Below are positions 63,609 to 64,000 of a stretch of 64,000 nucleotides of DNA, piece after piece. Source of the DNA: Gammaproteobacteria bacterium (lineage in GTDB: Bacteria > Pseudomonadota > Gammaproteobacteria > SZUA-140); NCBI GenBank assembly GCA_026981935.1, contig JALSIC010000052.1:2571-66570 (forward strand), written 5' to 3'. Positions within the stretch are counted from its first letter, which is position 1. Each line of letters opens with the position of its first letter. The notes below the pieces were generated by a model. It was not told the DNA's origin. It did not search any database and worked only from the letters and a program-made list of their open reading frames with translations. Position numbers and translations under genes: made by a program.

Positions 63609-63985
63609 GCGTCGTGCTCGATGCCTCGGCCCTGCTGGCCTTCCTGCACGAGGAGCCGGGGGGGGAGGCGGTGTCCCCGGCCCTGGAGGGGGCCCGTGTT
63701 TCAGCCGTGAACTGGTCCGAGGTGCTGCAGAAATCTCTGCAACGCAAGGTGGATATCGAAGGGATGCAGCAGGAGTTCATCGAGGTCGGGGTGACCTTCG
63801 AGCCTTTCACACCGCAGCAGGCGGAAACTGCCGCGCGCCTCTGGTCCCGGACCAGGAATCACGGGTTGTCCCTGGCGGATCGCGCCTGTCTGGCATTGGC
63901 GATGGACAAGGCGCTGCCGGTGCTGACTGCGGACAGGGCGTGGGCGGCCCTCGGTCTGGATCTTGAGATCCAGGTGCTACGATGA
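63605..63985 (+). CDS. vapC: PIN-domain ribonuclease toxin VapC
   Basis: MSVVLDASALLAFLHEEPG...AVNWSEVLQK...LSLADRACLALAMDKALPVLTADRAWAAL matches the PIN acidic residue pattern (D6, E.., D.., D..). GTGA start/stop overlap with vapB. Confidence 0.85.
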   Translation: MSVVLDASALLAFLHEEPGGEAVSPALEGARVSAVNWSEVLQKSLQRKVDIEGMQQEFIEVGVTFEPFTPQQAETAARLWSRTRNHGLSLADRACLALAMDKALPVLTADRAWAALGLDLEIQVLR

Positions 63986-64000
63986 GGAGCTGATGGCGAA

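Overview
The window is from a high-GC gammaproteobacterium (by eye ~65-70% GC; nothing was computed). Its gene order resembles Pseudomonas: lpoA/rsmI - rnpB - mraZ-rsmH-ftsL-ftsI-murE-murF-mraY-murD-ftsW-murG-murC-murB-ddl-ftsQ-ftsA-ftsZ - lpxC - DUF721 - M23 peptidase - secA - argJ; rpmG-rpmB - radC - coaBC - dut - algC ... argB - pyrE - rfbAB - rpsU - yqeY - dnaG - rpoD - tRNA(CAU). Two accessory regions stand out. (1) The left ~7.4 kb is conspicuously AT-rich and carries a translationally coupled four-gene operon. This is the main candidate for the exciting system: an energy-coupled inorganic-carbon (CO2/bicarbonate) uptake module of the DabAB/MpsAB type, built as NuoL-like DabB - a small polytopic membrane protein - DUF2309 DabA with the Cys-x-Asp / His-x14-Cys metal-site pattern - a PII-like signalling protein. 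It was probably acquired horizontally. A partial divergent upstream gene shows BMC-shell-like motifs. (2) The right ~4 kb, directly downstream of tRNA(CAU), is an island holding an orphan Phd/YefM-like antitoxin, a DUF4258/YgiT pair, a decayed hsdM and a vapBC pair. The core also contains a palindromic REP/MITE-like ~67-bp element family at three loci, one a tandem array of 4 copies whose last arm donates the stop codon of an lpxL-like gene. There is an in-frame cytochrome b / cytochrome c1 remnant fusion (pseudogene) between rpmB and radC. LpxC has a 40-residue conserved segment replaced by low-complexity Ala/Gly sequence. Several short tandem repeats (7, 9, 11, 14 and 16 bp) sit inside or just upstream of genes. 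The mraZ promoter with its three MraZ-box direct repeats is recognisable. The many long ORFs antisense to the high-GC genes in the ORF track are GC-bias artefacts and are not reported.
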